DNA from: a virus
Taxonomy: Duplodnaviria; Caudoviricetes
Length of the DNA stretch: 58,632 nucleotides
Reading direction: 5' to 3' (one strand)
Virus record (IMG/VR): IMGVR_UViG_3300011118_002165
Coordinates: 1-58,632 of that record
Part shown: positions 45,286 through 53,995 of the stretch, one piece after another
Layout of the letters: every line of letters starts with the position of its first letter
Numbering within the stretch: position 1 is the stretch's first letter
Program-made: the position numbers and the translations under genes
The notes under the pieces: generated by a model
Told to the model about the DNA's origin: nothing
Seen by the model: only the letters and a program-made list of their open reading frames with translations
Database searches by the model: none

Positions 45286-45910
45286 TGTTCCCTGGGATTC
45301 GCAGGCCTGCGGCGGCCAGGTACGGGCGGATCTCGGCGATATTGCGGTAGATGGACCCGCGACAGACGCCCAGTTTTTCAGCCACCTCGGGGGGGGCAAA
45401 CACCATAAGCAAGCGACACACCCGACGCAGCCGCTTGGGCATTCCGGCCAGCGCCGCCTCCAGGTCCAGCCGGAGCTCGCGCTGGGCCTGCTCGTCCAGC
45501 TCGCCGGCGCGCGTCTCGTTCACGACGGGCTGGAAGCCCAAGGCGACGTCGTCCAAGCCGAGGGGGCTGTCGCACGGACGGCGCTGTTGCGTGCACCGGA
45601 TGCGCGTGGCGTACTTGACGAACTTGTCCAGCACGCGGTTGACGAAGGTCTCGCGTTTCGCCTTGGCGGGATCGAACCGCTGGAAGGCCGTAAGCAGCTC
45701 GACCACCATGTCATGACGGCAGTCTTCCTGCTCGGCCTCCGACAGGTCGAACTGGCTGGTCAGCACGCGGATGCGGAAACTGATCCGCTCCAGAGCGTAC
45801 TCGTCGATCAACTGCTCCGCCGTGAGCTGGCTGACCTGCTGCTGGGAGTGGGAGGGGGAGGTTTCGCGGTCCGGGGAGACCGCCCGCCGGTCGAAGGACG
45901 TGCTCTTCAC
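45254..45910 (-). CDS. Phage sigma70/ECF-like sigma factor (sigma-1)
   Basis: EQEDCRHDM..L..FQRFDPAKAKRETFVNRVL (region 2); DLEAALAGMP..LRRVC..PEVAEKLGVCRGSIYRNIAEIR (region 4). Confidence 0.85.
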   Translation of the reverse strand: MKSTSFDRRAVSPDRETSPSHSQQQVSQLTAEQLIDEYALERISFRIRVLTSQFDLSEAEQEDCRHDMVVELLTAFQRFDPAKAKRETFVNRVLDKFVKYATRIRCTQQRRPCDSPLGLDDVALGFQPVVNETRAGELDEQAQRELRLDLEAALAGMPKRLRRVCRLLMVFAPPEVAEKLGVCRGSIYRNIAEIRPYLAAAGLRIPGNSATESAQVQM

Positions 45911-45941
45911 GGGTCACGCCTTTCTCGCGCCCGAGGGCGCG

Positions 45942-45987
45942 AAAAAGGCCCGCTGAAGAACACCGGCGGGAGCGCTTCAGCGGGCCT
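45942..45987 (-). terminator. Intrinsic terminator/attenuator in the sigma-1 leader
   Basis: 13-bp arms AGGCCCGCTGAAG/CTTCAGCGGGCCT (45946-45958, 45975-45987), 16-nt loop, T-run on the minus strand. Confidence 0.6.
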
Positions 45988-46034
45988 CGGTCTGTGACGT
46001 TGCCTCGCCGGCTTTCGCTCTTCGCCGGCGGGGC

Positions 46035-46071
46035 GTCACATTTGGCGTGACCAAGTCACGTTTGGCGTGAC
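46035..46071. promoter_or_regulatory. Tandem operator, 2 x GTCAC(A/G)TTTGGCGTGAC
   Basis: 17-bp GTCAC-N7-GTGAC palindromes at 46035-46051 and 46055-46071 (20-bp period). Confidence 0.7.
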
Positions 46072-46086
46072 TTCAGGTTTTTCTTC

Positions 46087-47352
46087 TCACTCCAGCGCCC
46101 AGTCGATGGGGCGGTCGGGCGCGTAAGACATGTTGATATGTGTCCTTATCGAGTTCCGAAGGTGAGTTGCGAGATCGGGATCGTTCTCCTCGATCTTGTC
46201 GATAGCTATGTTGATGACGCGGGCTATCCGCCGTCGCACCTTCGAGACGTCGTCGAGGGCCTTCCGCGACTTACCGCCCAAACCCAACGACGCCGACAGG
46301 TACGCAGCGATCTTCCCTATCTCCCCTTGGATGTCTGCGAGTCGTGCCTTGTCCCCCGTTCGACGGGCCTCCTCCCGCTCGACCTCAAGCTCCTCATACC
46401 TCTCCCGACATTCGCGGATCGTCGTCTCGTCCGCGAGGTCGCCGCCATCGCTCGCAGCAAGCTCCAGCCCCTCCGCCTCGGGAGTGACCCGGGCGCGCTC
46501 TGCGCCGGCAACATCGGCCATCACGCGGATGACGTGGGTTTCCTGCCCTTGGTGCCGGATCAGGTAGTGCATGAACGCGGCGCCCTTCAGGTCCCCGTCC
46601 AGGTAGGTGTCCTTACCAGCGAACCGCAGTACCCACATCCCTCGCCTGGCAAACTGATACTCCGGCTGCGCCGGGGCCATCCGGTCGGCCATGTGCCGTT
46701 GGCAGTAGGCATTCCGGTAGGTCTCCCAGGTGGGCAAGGCCGAGAACCGCCCCGCGGAGTCGCATGCGATGGTCTCTGCCAGCGGAACGATCGCTGCCTC
46801 CCGACGCTGGAGCTGAACCTGGAGCGAGTTCGGCAGCCTGGGGTGTCTGGGAACAAAGAGGAGGAACCCCTGGTCGAGCTCGGACAGAAGCCTGGCGACC
46901 TCCGACGTCAGCAGCCGTGTGGTTGGCGGCAACATCATGAACGCAGGAACGCCGGCGCCCGGGATGGGGGCCCATGTCCCAACCGCAAACGCCCGAGGCA
47001 CCCCCCGTACTGGCTGCGGATCTGGTGTGATGCCCAAAGCCTCGGCAACCACGGAGCGGAATGCCGTGACGTTCAGCCGATAGACTTTGACATCCGTTTC
47101 GGCAAGGCCTACCTGCTCGAGGTTGCCGGTCGCGGGGCAGACGAGTCCGTAAGTGCCCCTCGACATGGGCACGACGTGAAGTGCTCGCCCGTCGGCACCA
47201 GCGTATGTGCTGGCGATCCCATCGCCGACAAACAGCCGGTTACGGAGATCTCTCCAGGCACGGTCGCCGAGGGCCCGCCGCCATTCACCTGCACCGGCCG
47301 TCAGGCCGGGCCGGAAAGAGATCAAGTCCCAGAGCCCGTCCAGGCAGCTCAC
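46087..47352 (-). CDS. Putative transcriptional activator with C-terminal wHTH/coiled-coil DNA-binding domain
   Basis: C-terminus KG..MHYLI..G.E.H...ECRERYEELE.E.EEA...D......LGLGG..R....R..I...I..AI.KI...P.LA.HL.NSIRT....SY.P resembles the C-terminal domain of large AAA/TPR-type regulators. Confidence 0.55.
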   Translation of the reverse strand: MSCLDGLWDLISFRPGLTAGAGEWRRALGDRAWRDLRNRLFVGDGIASTYAGADGRALHVVPMSRGTYGLVCPATGNLEQVGLAETDVKVYRLNVTAFRSVVAEALGITPDPQPVRGVPRAFAVGTWAPIPGAGVPAFMMLPPTTRLLTSEVARLLSELDQGFLLFVPRHPRLPNSLQVQLQRREAAIVPLAETIACDSAGRFSALPTWETYRNAYCQRHMADRMAPAQPEYQFARRGMWVLRFAGKDTYLDGDLKGAAFMHYLIRHQGQETHVIRVMADVAGAERARVTPEAEGLELAASDGGDLADETTIRECRERYEELEVEREEARRTGDKARLADIQGEIGKIAAYLSASLGLGGKSRKALDDVSKVRRRIARVINIAIDKIEENDPDLATHLRNSIRTHINMSYAPDRPIDWALE

Positions 47353-48542
47353 GGTTGCCCAGCCCCGTTGCGCGGGAGGATGAACCCCTGGCTGACCAGA
47401 AACTGGTGGGCGAACTCCGCATCGGATTCATGGTCGTAAACCGAGACGTTCGGGGCGTAGAGCCTGACGGTTCTTTCGCCGCCCAGCCCGCCCTTCGGCG
47501 TCAGCTTCACGCCCATGCACACCAGCTCGGCCTCCTCGGGAATCTGATCGCCCAGATCCTCCAGCCCGGCGAAGACATCCTCGGCTCTGTGCGTCACGCA
47601 GTGTCTGTTGTGCCCGTTGAACTGGTACCGCAGATGGGTCAGCCGGGCCGCATCGAGTTCGGGGACATTGGTACAGTCCATGGCGGCCCGGCCCTTGGTG
47701 CGCAGCGGCTCCAGCGTGTATTTCCTGGCGTCAGCCCGCTCGAAGAACTCCGGGTCGCCGAACAGGTTCCTGCCGAGATAGGTGCAGTAAGCCCGACGCT
47801 CCTTTATGCCCCTGCTGTCGTTGTAGATGGCCAACTCGCCCTGCTGATGGTAGTAGATGAGCAGGTCGTAGGCCTCCGGGCGGTAGAAGACGACGTGCGG
47901 CTCGCCGTTCTCGAGGGCGTTCTCCCGCTTGAACGTGCCGCCGTGGCGAACGATGAGCCACGCGGCACCCGTCTTCTCGATGATCGAGACGCGCGTGCCC
48001 CGCCCCTTCTTCTGGCCGTCGTACCACATGTCCATGTCCTGTGCGAACGAGTCCAGGACGCCCTGGGCGGGCTTGCGCCACGGGGGCAGCCGTTTGACGG
48101 TGGCGAAGTAGGACAGGAAACGCTTCTTTTTCCGAAGCAGACCATGGGCGTGATAGACGGCATGGAGGTCTTCGAGCGCCTCGGGCGCACCGAGTCGCAC
48201 GAGCAGCGCCGCGTCCTCGATGGTGACCTTGTCCCCGTAGCTGATCCCATGGCGGGCCGCGATGTCGTTGAGGTCCTCGATGTGACCCATCTCCGCGACC
48301 TCGTCCCAGTAGAACAGGTCCGCCATGAGGTGGGCGGGCATCTGCTCGTCGGGTACGGCGAGGACCAGCGCCAGCCTGTCGCAGTCGATCTTGTCCGGCG
48401 ATGGCGGAAGGACGCCCTCGGCCGCGAAGAACGTCCTGTACTTACTGAGCAGCCGGTAGAGAGCCTTCGGATTGACGCGTTGGAGGATGTGCGGCGAGGA
48501 GATACGGTGCGGAGTGAACGTGCTGGCCATGGGGGCCTCCAT
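47349..48542 (-). CDS. Conserved hypothetical protein, coupled to the activator-like gene
   Basis: 397-aa ORF, GTGA overlap with 46087-47352; no catalytic motif recognised. Confidence 0.7.
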   Translation of the reverse strand: MEAPMASTFTPHRISSPHILQRVNPKALYRLLSKYRTFFAAEGVLPPSPDKIDCDRLALVLAVPDEQMPAHLMADLFYWDEVAEMGHIEDLNDIAARHGISYGDKVTIEDAALLVRLGAPEALEDLHAVYHAHGLLRKKKRFLSYFATVKRLPPWRKPAQGVLDSFAQDMDMWYDGQKKGRGTRVSIIEKTGAAWLIVRHGGTFKRENALENGEPHVVFYRPEAYDLLIYYHQQGELAIYNDSRGIKERRAYCTYLGRNLFGDPEFFERADARKYTLEPLRTKGRAAMDCTNVPELDAARLTHLRYQFNGHNRHCVTHRAEDVFAGLEDLGDQIPEEAELVCMGVKLTPKGGLGGERTVRLYAPNVSVYDHESDAEFAHQFLVSQGFILPRNGAGQP

Positions 48543-48891
48543 GCACTAGCCGGGAGCGCCGGCAACCGAGATTCGCCTGATCGACAGGCCCCGTCCGTGG
48601 TCCTGTCCCGAGACTAATTGCAAATAGCATGCCATCGACATTCTGTCGCGGATAACGAACGCATGAACAAGGGTTTGTGCCATGTCCGCCGCCGCCCAGC
48701 CACCTGCCACGAACAGCTCCCAAGGGACGTTCGCCTGCCTCGATGGCCGGCTCTGCCGCCTTCTCAGCCATCTCGCTCAGTCGCAGGGCACGTCCACCTG
48801 GCGCAACGGCTCCGTCGCGCCTCCAGTCGACGCCATCGGCGGGAGCCAGCCTGTCCCTACGACAACGACGTTCTTTTCGTGGGCGGGCTTC

Positions 48892-49119
48892 TTACCCTAT
48901 GGGCGGGAAGGGGTCGTTCCCGTGGCTGTCGCGGGCCTGAATCTGGCCATTCTGACCGTGGATGAACAGCTCGGTCCCTTGGTTCCGGCTGATCTCCCTG
49001 GCCGCGTCCACGGCATCGGCCTTGGTCCGGGAGTGCCCGCTGATGCGATCAGCGCCGCCTCGGCGAACATTCCATCCGCCATCCGGGCCTGGAACAACAT
49101 GATGCGATTTTGCTGCCAT
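48892..49119 (-). CDS. DUF2188 family protein
   Basis: HHVVP..GGWNVRR.GA.R.S...TK..A..AAREISRNQ..EL.IH..NGQI..RDSHGNDP.PP. Confidence 0.85.
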   Translation of the reverse strand: MAAKSHHVVPGPDGGWNVRRGGADRISGHSRTKADAVDAAREISRNQGTELFIHGQNGQIQARDSHGNDPFPPIG

Positions 49120-49284
49120 GATTTCGCTCCTCAAGCATCTGGCTTACCTGTGTACCGGCTCATTGGCCGGCCTCGATCGGTCCGTCTTGTCGTCGGTCGA
49201 GTTGGCCACCCCTTGCGGGCAAGCCATCTCTCGGTAAGATCGATGGGGCGAAACCGTCTCGCCACACCGTCTCCTTACTGACAA

Positions 49285-49359
49285 ATACGACCGGCCGTTA
49301 CAGCTCTTGGCGGTCTGCCGCCCGAACCGGGGCGACCCGTCTGTAACGCCTAGTCGTAT
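49285..49359. promoter_or_regulatory. Divergent pair of CTGTAACG-N5-TCGTAT motifs (ECF-type promoters or operators)
   Basis: Minus copy 49285-49303 points at DUF2188; plus copy 49341-49359 points at the sigma-2 ATG (49398). Confidence 0.6.
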
Positions 49360-49397
49360 GTGCTTACGGCCCGAGGCGGACGCAAGGGTAAGCCAGG

Positions 49398-50030
49398 ATG
49401 GACGACGCGACAGCAAGAAGTACGGATACGGATCTGCACGAAGACATCGCAGTCAAGCTCGTGTGCGGGGATGAGTCCGTCTACGAGGAGATCGTGCGGA
49501 ACTACGCTCCCACGATCCAGGCTTGGCTTCTCGCGCTTCCCTTCGGCCTCACCCGAGACGACGCGGAGGACATCGTCTGCGAGGCCATCATGCGGCTCTG
49601 GGAGAAACGCGAGCAGTTCGATGACTCTCAAGGCAGCAACGTGAGGAACTACCTCTACAAGATCGCGAAGAACCTGTTGCTCGACCGCCCGAAGACCCGT
49701 CGCTTCAAGACAATGTGCCGGGAGCGTCAGGTCAGCGACGAGTACCTCAAGAACCTTGCCGCCCCAAAGAAGAAGTCCGAGACCCGATCTCCCGAGAATC
49801 CCGAAACGCCGATCCTGACCGCTGTGCGAGAAGCCCTTCGGGAGTTGCCGGAGGCATACCGGACGGTTCTGCTCGAGGATGCGGGAGCGACCGTGGAGAT
49901 GCCTGCCGCGGAGCTGGGCAGGATCCTCGGCGGCATACCAGCGGGAACGATCCGGCAGCACCGGAAGCGTGGCAGGGATGCACTTCGGCGGAAACTCGCG
50001 GAACGTGGTTTCAGCGGCACAGAACGCTAG
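49398..50030 (+). CDS. ECF sigma factor (sigma-2)
   Basis: GDESVYEEIVRNY, DAEDIVCEAIMRLW...FD, YLYKIAKNLLLD, ALRELPEAYRTVL, ELGRILG.IPAGTIRQHRKRGRDALR. Confidence 0.9.
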   Translation: MDDATARSTDTDLHEDIAVKLVCGDESVYEEIVRNYAPTIQAWLLALPFGLTRDDAEDIVCEAIMRLWEKREQFDDSQGSNVRNYLYKIAKNLLLDRPKTRRFKTMCRERQVSDEYLKNLAAPKKKSETRSPENPETPILTAVREALRELPEAYRTVLLEDAGATVEMPAAELGRILGGIPAGTIRQHRKRGRDALRRKLAERGFSGTER

Positions 50031-50038
50031 GTGCAACC

Positions 50039-50410
50039 ATGGCTGAATATACGGACAGAGAAGTCAACGAACTCCTCTTCAGGGCCATCGTACCCAGGGG
50101 GCTCAGGCCTGAGACGCCAGAGGAGATCGACGCCATGCTGGACGCCATCGGGGGCGAAGCACTGCCTGAGGCCACGGTTCAGCGCATGTTGCGCAAGATC
50201 CGCGGCGAAGAACCATTGGCCGATCCCCAGGCCGGGCACGACGTGAGGAGGATGGACGATACGGCGGCGGGCCTCCCTGCTGCGGAACTCGCCCTTTATC
50301 GCAACCGAAACGAAGAAATGCCTCCGGAGATCGAGAAGCTGTTGGAGGAGATGGAAGAGGAAGCGCTTGAGGACGGGGAAGAAGACGGCGTGGACGACGA
50401 AGATGCGTAA
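50039..50410 (+). CDS. Small acidic protein, candidate anti-sigma/protease substrate
   Basis: 123 aa, soluble, helical N-terminus, very acidic tail; sits between ECF sigma and IrrE peptidase and overlaps the latter. Confidence 0.6.
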   Translation: MAEYTDREVNELLFRAIVPRGLRPETPEEIDAMLDAIGGEALPEATVQRMLRKIRGEEPLADPQAGHDVRRMDDTAAGLPAAELALYRNRNEEMPPEIEKLLEEMEEEALEDGEEDGVDDEDA

Positions 50411-51320
50411 GCCCACCTGGAAGGAGCTGCAGGGCCACCGCGACTGGGCAAACGACCAGGGCGAGGGAATCGCTGCGGTCCTCGGTTGCTCGAACCACCC
50501 CATTGATCCCTTCGCCATCGCGGCGGCGGAACCTGTCATCTTCCTGAAGGGCGCCGATCTCGGTGATGAGTTCGATGGCAGGCTGAGTTACTGCCCGCGC
50601 CGGAAGGCGACTCAGCGGGACCGCTTCCTCCTGGCCTACAACACGCGGTATGACCACATCTGCCAGTACGACGGCGAACACTGCCCCAAGGTGCGGTTCA
50701 CGATCGCGCATGAGCTCGGGCATTACTTCATGGATCGCCATCGTCATCACCTGCAGGAAGGCGGCCAAGCGTATACATGCTACACCGAGTCCTACTGCGA
50801 GATGGTGATGGAGCTTGAGGCGGATTCATTTGCTGCCGGCCTTCTCATGCCGTCGTCTCTGCTGGCGCCGGTCATCAATCGCCAGGTCGCGGAGGAACCC
50901 AGCCTCGATGACATTCGCTACGTGGCACGCGACTTCCAGATCTCGCTCACGAGCATGATGGTCAGGTGGACGAAGCTCTCTGATTTTCCCTGCGCAGTCT
51001 TCTCCGTTGCTGAGAACGAGGGGAAGCTCGGGATCCGTTGGGGGTGGGTATCGGAAGCGTTCGCGAACGTCGGGGCGTACTGGCGGCTGTACGGGCAATT
51101 CCGATCGCGGGATGCCCGTGGCTTCCTCGGCCAGGCCCCCGACTTCTCTCAGTGGCAGTGCGGCTCCGGTCTCGGCACGATGGCCGACTGGGTCGAAACC
51201 GACCATCGGATCAGCGTCAAGGAGCACTACGCTGTCATCCCGTACGCCCGGCATCTGCTTGTGTTCCTCACCGCCGCCGAAGATGAACTGAGCGACTGCC
51301 GCCCACTACGTCAGTACTGA
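50403..51320 (+). CDS. ImmA/IrrE (M78) metallopeptidase with C-terminal extension (CapP/IrrE-like)
   Basis: PIDPFAIA, FDGRL, RFTIAHELGHY, ELEADSFAAGLLMP, ARDFQISLTS..R. Confidence 0.9.
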   Translation: MRKPTWKELQGHRDWANDQGEGIAAVLGCSNHPIDPFAIAAAEPVIFLKGADLGDEFDGRLSYCPRRKATQRDRFLLAYNTRYDHICQYDGEHCPKVRFTIAHELGHYFMDRHRHHLQEGGQAYTCYTESYCEMVMELEADSFAAGLLMPSSLLAPVINRQVAEEPSLDDIRYVARDFQISLTSMMVRWTKLSDFPCAVFSVAENEGKLGIRWGWVSEAFANVGAYWRLYGQFRSRDARGFLGQAPDFSQWQCGSGLGTMADWVETDHRISVKEHYAVIPYARHLLVFLTAAEDELSDCRPLRQY

Positions 51321-51408
51321 CGCCAACAGCCATGGGGGGATCGAGGGCACGTCAGCAGGCTACCACGTCGATCTCCCCAGCGCGCTGCGCCTGCGATCCG
51401 CACGTTTG

Positions 51409-51452
51409 GCGCGACAGAATCGGGACAGCTGCAGATGTAGAGGGTGCCGGAA
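51409..51452 (+). promoter_or_regulatory. 44-bp conserved phage promoter-like motif, copy C (xis-int)
   Basis: GCGCGACAGAATCGG-gacagc-TGCAGATGTAGAGGGTGCCGGAA upstream of the excisionase. Confidence 0.8.
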
Positions 51453-51508
51453 GACGGCGGTTGTCAGCCGTTGACAGACGCTCTCGTTGTTAAGCAAGGA
51501 CTGTCCCG

Positions 51509-51745
51509 ATGCCGAGTCAAGAGACGTGCCCGCTGCCTCTCGCCCCGTCGGCCGCTGCCATCATGCTCACCATCGATGGCGTGGCCGCCATGCTGGCCTG
51601 CTCCCCGAGGACGGTCCATCGCCTCGTGGATACCGGGCGTATCCCCCGCCCAGTCCGTCTCGGCGGCATGATCCGCTGGCCCCGAGAGCCGTTCGAGCGG
51701 TGGGTCGCCCAGGGATGCCCAAAGCCTTCCAAGAACATCGCTTAG
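51509..51745 (+). CDS. xis: Excisionase/AlpA-family HTH protein
   Basis: MLTIDGVAAMLACSPRTVHRLVDTGRIPRPVRLGGMIRW...ERWV; just upstream of the integrase (start may be 51563). Confidence 0.82.
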   Translation: MPSQETCPLPLAPSAAAIMLTIDGVAAMLACSPRTVHRLVDTGRIPRPVRLGGMIRWPREPFERWVAQGCPKPSKNIA

Positions 51746-51851
51746 CGATGGAGTTCTTTCTGCGGAATCCCCATAAACTCGCTTGAGCTGTTCGCGACCC
51801 CGCCGCTCAGTGTGAGGGCGGGCGAGGCGATGCCCGCGGAAGGGAGCGAAG

Positions 51852-53318
51852 ATGGCCACCATCTACAAGAAGAAGTACCCGATGGCCATGCCCGACGGCG
51901 CGGAGGTCGTCGAGCGGCAGGGCAGGAAGATCGCCCGGTGGGCGACCAGCCGGGGCCAAGTCCGCACGGCCGAGGTCCTCGACGATGGGCGCGTGCAGTT
52001 CGTCTCGGACTGCTGGTACATCCGGTATCGCGACGCCGAGGGCAAGATGCAGCGGCGGTCCACCGGCTGCCGGGGGAAGCAGGCCGCTCAGCAGGTCCTG
52101 GCCGACGCCGTGGCGGAGGTCGAGAAGGTCAAGTCGGGCATCATCACCGCCAAGGAGAAGATGGTTGCCGACCAGGCCGGCCGGCCGCTGGCTGAGCACA
52201 TGGCGGCCTACCTCGAGCACCTTGGCCGCAAGCGCATACGGGGCCGCAAGGTCACGCCAGCCTACTGCCGGAACGTCAAGGGGCGCCTGAAGCGGGTGTT
52301 TGACGAGGCATCCATGCGGTATCTGCCCGACATCACGCGCGAGGACACGGAGAAGTGGCTGGAGAAGGCGGAAGGGGCGGACCTCGGGCCCGCCACGCGG
52401 AATGAGTACCTCACGTCGGTAAAAGCGTTCTGCAACTGGGCGGTCCGGACCGGCCGGCTGGCCGCGAGCCCCGTCGCCGGCATCGGCAAGGCCGACCGCG
52501 AGAGCGACCGGCGGCGCGTTCGCCGAGCCTTGACGGCCGAGGAAGTCGCCCGTCTCCTCGACGCTGCCCGCCGCCGGCCCATCGCCATGCTTGCCCGCAA
52601 GACCGTATCCCTGCCCGAAGAGGACAAGGTCGGCCGCAGCTCCTGGACATACGAGGCCGTCACTAGCGAGAACCTCGACCGCTGCTACCGTGACGGACTC
52701 AAGCGGCTCGAAGCCGACCCCGAACGCCGGGCCCGCCTCGAACGCCTCGGCCGCGAACGAGCCCTGTTCTACCTGCTCGCCGTCTCGACCGGCCTGCGCC
52801 GCAAGGAACTCGCCAGCCTCACAGTCGGCCGCCTGCACCTCGACGCGGCACCGACGCCCTTCCTCGAACTCCAGGCCGCCGACGCCAAGAACGCCAAGGC
52901 CGCCAACCTGCCCCTGCGGGCCGATGTGGTCGCCGAGGTGAAACGCCACCTGGCCCTTCGACAGGGCTCAGGGCAAGCCGACCAAGAGGCCCTGTCCCTG
53001 GGCGCGAAGCTCTTCACCCGCGCGCCCGCCATCCGCGTCTTCGACGCCGACATCCGGGCGGCCGGAATCCCGAAGACCGACCACCGCGGCCGCGTCGTCG
53101 ACCTCCACGCCCTCCGCCACACGTTCGGCACCCACCTCTCTGCTGCCGGCGTTCATCCCCGTACGGCCATGGCCGCCATGCGCCACAGCCGGATCGAGCT
53201 GACAATGAACCTCTATACCGACCCGGTTCTGCTCGACGTGGCTGGGGCAGTAGAAGCACTCCCCAACTTTGCCGCGGCGCATAAAACCACCACACCCTCC
53301 GCCGCCGCCGGAGCGTAA
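51852..53318 (+). CDS. int: Tyrosine recombinase/integrase
   Basis: STGLRRKELASL (R), AKN (K), HALRHTFGT (HxxR), MRHS..LTMNLY (H, Y). Confidence 0.95.
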   Translation: MATIYKKKYPMAMPDGAEVVERQGRKIARWATSRGQVRTAEVLDDGRVQFVSDCWYIRYRDAEGKMQRRSTGCRGKQAAQQVLADAVAEVEKVKSGIITAKEKMVADQAGRPLAEHMAAYLEHLGRKRIRGRKVTPAYCRNVKGRLKRVFDEASMRYLPDITREDTEKWLEKAEGADLGPATRNEYLTSVKAFCNWAVRTGRLAASPVAGIGKADRESDRRRVRRALTAEEVARLLDAARRRPIAMLARKTVSLPEEDKVGRSSWTYEAVTSENLDRCYRDGLKRLEADPERRARLERLGRERALFYLLAVSTGLRRKELASLTVGRLHLDAAPTPFLELQAADAKNAKAANLPLRADVVAEVKRHLALRQGSGQADQEALSLGAKLFTRAPAIRVFDADIRAAGIPKTDHRGRVVDLHALRHTFGTHLSAAGVHPRTAMAAMRHSRIELTMNLYTDPVLLDVAGAVEALPNFAAAHKTTTPSAAAGA

Positions 53319-53383
53319 GGCTGCCAGCAGAGATTGGCTACGGCAAAGCCCGGCTGACGTCTGTCGGCCCCTTCCTTGGGAGC

Positions 53384-53995
53384 CTATCGCCGCCTCCGAC
53401 GGCGCAAGGCGGCAATCCCGCCCACTGCCATGAGAGCCAACGAGGTCGGTTCGGGGACGATGATTGTGGCAGAAGCCCCCGTGTAATCGCCACCGAGGTC
53501 GCCCCCCCAAGTCTGAAAATCGGGATCGGCGAAGTCAGACGAATCCGGGCGGACAAAGACATCGGTCTCGCCATTGGCTAATCCGGTCACGTCCAGACTG
53601 AAGATGCGGACCTTGCTACCGATGCCTAGTTCCGTGTCGTCATCCTCCGAATCGTAGACGCCCTGGAGGCCCCAAGCCTTCGGGCTGCCCGGACTGGACG
53701 ACAGTGGGTCATTCCACCAACCGCTACGGTCCACGGAGGGCAAGTCAACAGAGACGATGTTGGGATCGTCGATGACGAAGTCCAAGGCCCACGAGAAGAC
53801 GCCGTTGCCGGCGTTGGCATGGTTTCCCTTGAGCCGCGCGTAGAAGGTCAACGTCGCAGGTTCACCGATGTCGATCTTCCCGTCGCTCGGATCAACCGCA
53901 ACCGTCACATCGATCACCGGCTGAGCCCAGGCCGGCAAGGCAAGGAATCCTAGCATGAGCAAGGCAAGCGATTTCACGGCATACTTACTGAGCAT
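53384..53995 (-). CDS. PEP-CTERM surface protein with cohesin-like beta-sandwich
   Basis: Signal peptide ending AWA; C-terminal VPEPTSLALMAVGGIAALRRRRRR; FSLDVTGLANGETDV strand pattern. Confidence 0.85.
   Translation of the reverse strand: MLSKYAVKSLALLMLGFLALPAWAQPVIDVTVAVDPSDGKIDIGEPATLTFYARLKGNHANAGNGVFSWALDFVIDDPNIVSVDLPSVDRSGWWNDPLSSSPGSPKAWGLQGVYDSEDDDTELGIGSKVRIFSLDVTGLANGETDVFVRPDSSDFADPDFQTWGGDLGGDYTGASATIIVPEPTSLALMAVGGIAALRRRRRR

Larger units (their letters stand above)
12358..53318. mobile_element. Lambda-like siphovirus prophage (boundaries approximate; the defence operon at 616-12322 may be its cargo)
   Basis: Colinear tail, head, packaging, replication, regulation, xis and integrase modules without obvious frameshifts; att sites not identified. 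Confidence 0.9.

Noticed and set aside
48543-48891. Small CDSs in the gap between the 397-aa gene and DUF2188
   Set aside because: Overlapping candidate ORFs lack RBS and motifs; only a partial copy of the 44-bp motif was noted.
51509-51745. HTH protein as the prophage CI repressor
   Set aside because: It has the AlpA/excisionase pattern, lies directly before int and follows a lytic-type motif, so Xis fits better.
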